Assembly (NCBI GenBank): GCA_963709405.1
Contig: CAVPXM010000016.1
Location: 1-52,605 of the forward strand
Length of the DNA: 52,605 bases
Direction of reading: 5' to 3'
Source of the DNA: an uncultured Nitrososphaerales archaeon
GTDB taxonomy: Archaea; Thermoproteota; Nitrososphaeria; Nitrososphaerales; Nitrososphaeraceae
This document shows positions 46,323-52,605 of the stretch, one piece after another (position 1 is the stretch's first letter; the number at the start of each line of letters is the position of its first letter). The notes under the pieces were generated by a model that saw only the letters and a program-made list of their open reading frames with translations, did not search any database and was not told where the DNA came from. Position numbers and translations under genes: made by a program.

Positions 46323-46338
46323 ATCCCACCGAACCCGC
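46323..46338 (+). other. tRNA 3'-end-like fragment, possible att site
   Basis: ATCCCACCGAACCCGC resembles the T-arm 3' strand plus acceptor stem, ~55 bp upstream of the integrase. Confidence 0.4.
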
Positions 46339-46392
46339 ACTGATAATAGTTCTCTAAAGGGACTCGTGAGAATAAAAAAGTGAAACCACGAG

Positions 46393-47670
46393 TTGATAGA
46401 TCAATATCATCATTATCAGGTTCCAAAGAACGAAGAGTTCCTGGATCCATACACTATATTCGTATACGCTATTAGGTCTCCTTATACCAAAGAATCGTAT
46501 TTTAGACGGTTGCGGAGATTCTTTGATACTATTAATTTTTGTGAAGGTGAACCTATGGATAAACGTTGTAATACATTTGCTTATAGGGGAAGGAATGATT
46601 CGAATTGGGCCTTTGGTAATATACTCAGATTTCTGCACTCCCAGAAGGAAAGAGTAGAAAGAAAGGAAATCACAGCAAGCACACTGCGTAACTATGTTAA
46701 AACAATCAAGATGTTCTGTGAGGTGATTGATGTAATCATCCAATGGAAGAAAATTACAAGAGGATTGCCAAGAGGGAAAAGATATGCAGACGATAGAGCG
46801 CCTACTATAGAAGAGATTCATAAAATTATTGAATATCCTGATAGAAGAATAAAACCAATCGCGTACACTATGGCCTCTTCTGGAATAAGGGTAGGAGCCT
46901 GGGACCATTTAAAGTGGAATCATATTTCTCCAATAACCAGAGATGGCAAATTACTTGCTGCGAAAATTAATGTGTATGCTGACGATGATGATGAATATAT
47001 CACATTCATAACGCCAGAGGCTTACTTATCTTTAGAGTCATGGATGAAGCATCGCAGTGCCTCGGGAGAACAAATCAGTAAAGACAGTTGGGTTATGAGA
47101 GATTTGTGGAACGCTGCAAAACTCCCAAAGAAAGAAGAAAAAGGAAAGATTAACGAGCCAATCAAATTACAATCTGTAGGAATTAGAAGGCTAGTGGAAC
47201 GGGCTCTATGGGCTCAAGGTATTAGAACTGAATTAGAGTCCGGCAGGAGGCGCCATGAATTTCAGACTGACCATGGTTTTAGAAAGTGGTATAAAACTCA
47301 ATGTGAAATTGCTGGAATGAAGCCGATAAATATAGAAAAATTGATGGGGCATTCAGTAGGCATCTCTGATTCTTACTATAGAGCCACAGAAAAAGAACTT
47401 TTAGATGACTATTTGAAGGCAGTTCCTGCACTCACAATAGGAAGTGAACACAGGCTTCAAAGCCAAATTAAGAAAATTGAAGAAGAGACAAGAAACAATG
47501 AGACTAATATTAATTCTCAGCTATACGAAAAAGAACAAAAAATTTCTACGCTGACTGAAGGGAACTCATCGAACGTTGATGCAATTGCGGCATTATCTGA
47601 TCAGGTGATGAAACTCACAAAAGAAATTGAGATGATGAAGAAGGGCAAGATCACTATTACAAGTCTATAG
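46393..47670 (+). CDS. Tyrosine recombinase/integrase
   Basis: SSGIRVG (R), HGFR (HxxR), LMGH, SYY (Tyr); C-terminal coiled coil. Confidence 0.92.
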   Translation: MIDQYHHYQVPKNEEFLDPYTIFVYAIRSPYTKESYFRRLRRFFDTINFCEGEPMDKRCNTFAYRGRNDSNWAFGNILRFLHSQKERVERKEITASTLRNYVKTIKMFCEVIDVIIQWKKITRGLPRGKRYADDRAPTIEEIHKIIEYPDRRIKPIAYTMASSGIRVGAWDHLKWNHISPITRDGKLLAAKINVYADDDDEYITFITPEAYLSLESWMKHRSASGEQISKDSWVMRDLWNAAKLPKKEEKGKINEPIKLQSVGIRRLVERALWAQGIRTELESGRRRHEFQTDHGFRKWYKTQCEIAGMKPINIEKLMGHSVGISDSYYRATEKELLDDYLKAVPALTIGSEHRLQSQIKKIEEETRNNETNINSQLYEKEQKISTLTEGNSSNVDAIAALSDQVMKLTKEIEMMKKGKITITSL

Positions 47671-47740
47671 TTTTAATGCTTACGTTTATGAAATGCATAG
47701 AAAATAACGACGGCTTAGTAGCAACCGTAGATCAATATGT

Positions 47741-48097
47741 CTATTTGTTCAACACCTTCCTCACCTCGGGCAAGGCCAGAGCAAATCCAACATGTATGCA
47801 ATCAGAACTATCATCGTGTAGACATTTTAGATACTTGTTTCTTACTTGAACTTCAATTAACCTTCCATCTTTTCTCACATCTTTAAGGATAACTGAATCA
47901 TCTCCAAAGCCTATAAGAGAAATGAACTGGGCTTTCCTGAGTATCTTACGACGTTCCAATTCTATTAACGCTGAATCTGAAACAAATGTAGCAAAGGATA
48001 GATTGGGTCTCTTGAGCTTCTCTCGCTTATAATTATCTTCTAGTTGCGTAAGGGCTCTCCCACTTATGGTTACAGTCTTTTGACCGGGCTGCGGCAA
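47741..48097 (-). CDS. Small putative regulator (RHH-like N-terminus, Cys/His C-terminal motif)
   Basis: KTVTISGRALTQL..SFATFV; CLHDDSSDCIH. Confidence 0.6.
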   Translation of the reverse strand: MPQPGQKTVTISGRALTQLEDNYKREKLKRPNLSFATFVSDSALIELERRKILRKAQFISLIGFGDDSVILKDVRKDGRLIEVQVRNKYLKCLHDDSSDCIHVGFALALPEVRKVLNK

Positions 48098-48146
48098 TAA
48101 AATGTCTAGTTGTTTATGACATTAATAAATATAACGTTAATATAGA

Positions 48147-48166
48147 GTGTCTAACCGGTTAGACAC
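48147..48166. promoter_or_regulatory. Perfect 20-bp palindrome, putative operator
   Basis: GTGTCTAACCGGTTAGACAC next to AT-rich TATA-like sequence between divergent genes. Confidence 0.65.
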
Positions 48167-48450
48167 CGTGTGACTCCAGAGCGTTGGCTACTATAATAGT
48201 AACAGAAATCGAAGGACCACCATCATGACAGACCTTTCTATCTCTAGAAAACATAGGAACGCTACTGTGCGTTGCGTTATCTCTAGAACTGGATACTCAA
48301 ACATATGGGCCTGGTCTCTAGTATTACAAAACAAAAACGGAGTAAAAAGAACAGAATAAAATGAAATCAAACAAAAAAATGGATTCGGTTCTGCCGCTGA
48401 TGGCGGGATAAAACTAGGGGGATCTGAAAGTCTACGTATCTGAAATCAAC

Positions 48451-51122
48451 ATGTCGGGAGACGGCAAAAAAACCTCGACCCCCACAGACCTTCCTAAAAA
48501 GGTGAGGGTTGACTACGGTCCTGTTGGAACGTCAACAAAACAAATGGCTGGATACTTTACGATTAACTGGCATACAAAACGAGACAACGGTGCTTGAGAA
48601 GGACTGGCCTCAGTTTGCGCTTAAAGAGAATTGCGATAACTCTTGGGATTGGCTAAATGACTTTTATGCTACAACGGTACCGGTGAATGTCTACAATTAC
48701 AGATGCTAGAAGGTATATAGGAATCCGTGTATGGATAGACAAAATTTCAGGAAACCCGAATGAAACAAGGATATTCCATTTATGCGTACGGAATTCAAAC
48801 ACCGACGAAATAAGGATACAAGAGTTTGAGCACTTAGACCAGATATTTAATTATGCACAATGGCAGAGTACCAAGCGATACCAACATAGAGCCACGACGG
48901 GAGCATTAGGCGATTATCTGAAAAGACACGGTGGTATGAGTCACGCAAGACTGGGCAGATAACATCAAATACGATACAGCGAATTATGACGACGACAATA
49001 GGCAATGGCCTATACCAATCTTCTTACGATTTAACGGTAAGGAATATCAGGTATATGTAAGCTACAACAAGTACGCTGGCATACCTTCCACAGTAATAGA
49101 GGGACCAACCAGATCAGATGCAACCAAATACACAGAAGTAGAATGCTCCTTACCAGTATCCAAAGTCAACTGTGACGGAGATCCTAATGCTAGTAACGCA
49201 TTATATCGAATGTCGTTAGTGGGTAAGTGACTCAGATATTACAAGACTGTATAAATTCGGAAAGGCAAATACCTTCTTTTCATTAGATTTACGTTACACT
49301 GAGAATAATATTCACATAACAGAGGCTGATAACTAAGTGGAAGATAGTATCTGGCGCTGGGTATATAGCGAATTCAGGAATTACATCAACAGTATTACAG
49401 ACAAATCAATTACTGTAGAGCGTGCATTAGATACATTTAGAGAGTCTCAAATGTCTACCAAACGGATCTAGAAACAGGACTATACAGGATATAGCATTTA
49501 AGAATACAGAGATTATCGGACTGTTTGAAGTATTAAGAAAAGGAATGCAACCAGAAAGCCTTAACCTGCCTTTCAAAATAAAAGACCGTGAAGAGGCAGC
49601 TCATAAACACTCTTGCAGAATATACAGGTGGCAATATCGATATAACAAAAGCTTATGCTAAAGTAGTTGTTGGACACTCACCACCATATGACGCAGGCAT
49701 AGAGGTGGATAATAATACTCGTTCATTTTACTACTGGTTAGAGGGCTGCTATTGCTGCGAAATCAGACGACCCGAATTATAACAACGCGGGTAAAATAGA
49801 ATTTATTGGATGTATAAACGGTACACCCTCATTAGATGGAGGAGAGTCGTATTTTAGAGACGGAAGATATTTCTGGCATAGTCAGGGCCAGAAATACGTT
49901 ACGACTAGCGCTATAGGTCTTAGAAGTTTGTTGCATGAATGTGGTTTTTCTACAGATAGTTATTTCTCTCAAAGAAGAATGTCCTCTATTATATTTGTAA
50001 ACCTGGTTACACCATGTGCAGAATGGGGGGGTTCAGCAGGTAAGACAAGTATCAATCTTGAGCTGTATCAAGACCTAATAGCAAAAACTGTTTCCACCCT
50101 AGCGTATAAGATACCGTCGCTAAAGGGTAAAGGTATTAAGACAACATGGGATACTGGTTTAGGTGGTATATACAAACCGTTTCTTGTAGGTTTTCTCAAG
50201 GAAAGAAAAGGCAGCGATTGAAACTAATCCGTTATTAGGTACGTACCTGATAGGCTTACACAATCCGGTGTCTGGTATCGTATTAGACCGAAAATGTTAG
50301 AGAAGGGATTTAGACCACGGAATAAACTATAAAAAAAACCATAAAAGAATTGTGGTCTGATGGAAGTGTTACAAGAGAATCGTTAGGAATTGTCGCAAAA
50401 GCAAGAGCTATGCTATACTTTAATGGTCAAGTATATCCTGTCACTTTTGATACTAAGGAAGAGTCTGTAAGAATAGGAACAACAGACATGGTCATAGTCG
50501 AGAAGGAAGGTGTTACCGACGTACTACTTGAGGCAGAAGCAAAAAAGTATAGGATTGCACTGGTGGCAACTGCCGGGAAGTTCGTGGATTATGTCAAAGA
50601 CTTGATGAAGCTGATTCACGAGGTTGCTATGAATGTCTGTGTTCTGACAGATTACGACATAGACGGTGTAAATATGTGGAGGCAAGCAGAACGGAAAGAT
50701 GGGTATTACAATTAAGAGAATAGGTATTACCCAAGATGTCGTAACATGGCTACAAGAAAATGGTCACGAGATAGACGTAACGGATGTAGAAGAGGAATAC
50801 CAGCCAGATCCCGCAGTATTCAGAAAGAGCGACGATCCATATTTGCTAGATACACGCATAGAATTAGATAGCATAATCCAGAAGGTTGGTGCCGATAATG
50901 TTTGGGAATATATTGTTTATCAGCTCTGAAACCGAATTTCCAGGGGCAAGAGATTACCGTAAGAAGGCACCGGAGCCAGAACCCACGAATTACTATCCTG
51001 ACGAACTAAATCAAATTATAAATTATCTTGAAGAATATACAAAATACACTTATAGCGAGAAATGGGAGGAGATAAAAGAACAGGAATTTAAGGAGGTCGA
51101 AGGACTTCTTCTACTTACATGA
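48451..51122 (+). pseudogene. Fused type IIB topoisomerase-like gene (GHKL ATPase + 5Y-CAP + TOPRIM), multiply frameshifted
   Basis: ALKENCDNSWD (N-box), VRNSN, STKR..GALGDYLK; LTQSGVWYR; IVEKEG, LTDYDIDG, RIG, IELDSI in collinear ORF fragments. Confidence 0.7.
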
Positions 51123-51553
51123 TAACTAGCATTCACTTCCAAAGTACCTAATATACAGAAAGTCTGTTCTACCTACTCGAGGACTCCTTATTTTCAGCGA
51201 GTTTACTCCACGCCATACATATATTGTTATTAGCAAAATTAGACTAAGTCTTAAAGTCATGAACTGTCTATACCTTGCTACTGTATATCTGAATCTTTTA
51301 TCTAGTTCAGGATCATAGATGATGTATTGATAATATGTTTTCAGTGTATTGCTATGTATCACTCAACTACAACAACGAAACCCCTATTATTCTCCAAAAC
51401 ACTAATCTATTCCAGATAAGAATTATGGAGAGATAAACATAATCTATCGTATTAGTATAACCATGCAAACAAAACAAAAGAACAAAGCAAACATTAATCT
51501 TAAATGACACCTTTTCTTTATGTAATAACAAAAGAGGCGATAAATATTCAGTT

Positions 51554-51805
51554 ATGCAATGTCCAAAATGTTCAACTCAAATGCAGCTAATGCAAAGGTA
51601 CGAGGCATTTATTGATTACTGTCCTTCTTGCAAGGGAGTGTGGTTAGACAGAGGGGAGATAGACAAGATAGCCCAAATCCAAAGTAGCTACGAAGACGAA
51701 CATTATAACAATTACCATTATAGAAATGGAGAGTATGTTGATGACTATTATTATGATAATAGAAGGAGAAGGAGAGGATTTTTTGGTGACTTGTTTAACT
51801 TTTAA
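51554..51805 (+). CDS. zf-TFIIB zinc-ribbon protein
   Basis: MQCPKC..IDYCPSCKGVWLDRGEIDKI..FFGDLF. Confidence 0.9.
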   Translation: MQCPKCSTQMQLMQRYEAFIDYCPSCKGVWLDRGEIDKIAQIQSSYEDEHYNNYHYRNGEYVDDYYYDNRRRRRGFFGDLFNF

Positions 51806-52276
51806 GACATCAGCGTGAATACGTAAAACGGTAATATGAGAAGATTTTTTCATGAAAAATAGGACCTGATCGGTTTCAAAGGCGATAACTTACGATAAAA
51901 TCTAAGTAAGTTCTTGATTATGTTGTTTTTATAGCCGTTCTTTTTTTGGATCTTTTGAGTTCTGGTTCATTAATCAGAAATACAAAGATCTGACCATTAC
52001 ACTCTGTTACGGATTTTAGAGAATATCCACCATTAGCTAAAAGAGCCTCCATTTCAACGAGCATTTTCTTAGGGCTTGCACGATCATGTTTTGAGTTCTA
52101 AATTTTGTAAATATGGTAATATGTATAGGCTTGCAAAGTATACAAGGGGAATGCTTATTATAGTCCAATATTTTATCCTCCTAGATTTTGAAGCATAATG
52201 ATATGTCAGAAATATAGTGGCTATCCACAAACTTACAAATGATATTATACCTACTGAATGATATGCAAAAACTAGA

Positions 52277-52603
52277 CTAGGCGATGCTGTTGGAGTATGA
52301 GGTAAATGGATTAAAATCGGATGTTATATGGTCAGGTTTTCCCTTAAGGAAATTGTCAACATATATGAATCTGATAATATTACTCAATGAAAGCATGGCA
52401 ATTGCTGCCGCATAAGCCAGTACAACTCTACTTGGAAAGTTCCTGTATGTGCGTACTAGTCTAGAGGAAAGAATTGCTAGTAATACAATGATAGTGATTA
52501 GATTTATTCCCACTACAGTTTCCAAGAGATCGACGTTATATTGTGATGTGAAAATAGCCTCGAACAAAATAATGACAAGGATACCAGAAGCAGAATACTG
52601 CAA
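52277..52603 (-). CDS. Membrane protein, 5'-partial
   Basis: Three hydrophobic segments; the frame runs off the window end. Confidence 0.55.
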   Translation of the reverse strand: MQYSASGILVIILFEAIFTSQYNVDLLETVVGINLITIIVLLAILSSRLVRTYRNFPSRVVLAYAAAIAMLSLSNIIRFIYVDNFLKGKPDHITSDFNPFTSYSNSIA

Positions 52604-52605
52604 GT

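Noticed and set aside
46270-46340. Complete tRNA gene
   Set aside because: Only a 3'-end-like 16-mer; no D-arm, anticodon arm or 5' acceptor strand

Overview
AT-rich archaeal DNA whose gene families point to a soil ammonia-oxidising archaeon (Nitrososphaeraceae). This is an accessory, IS-riddled region with no rRNA, full tRNA or CRISPR. Three things stand out. (1) A ~27 kb stress/dormancy-type island (~6.5-33 kb) holds at least eight CBS-domain genes or remnants, including a CBS+HPF/RaiA-like hibernation-factor pseudogene. It also holds universal stress proteins, an apparent PhaE-PhaC fusion, an Rv2004c-like phosphotransferase, PncA/PncB NAD salvage, a divergent lone SufB, a CDC48 and a small winged-helix regulator. 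Many of its promoters carry a shared palindrome (GCAATGCATTGC-like). (2) An integrated element at ~46.3-51.1 kb has an intact tyrosine integrase, a small regulator with a perfect 20-bp operator-like palindrome, and a fragmented fused TopoVI B+A (Topo VIII-like) gene. (3) There are nine IS copies or remnants (IS481 x2, IS630, IS5 x3, IS3, IS1595, IS6). Several single-base frameshifts sit in GATC/AGCT contexts and may be methylation-related sequencing artefacts. All family calls come from motif recognition by eye; no database searches were run.
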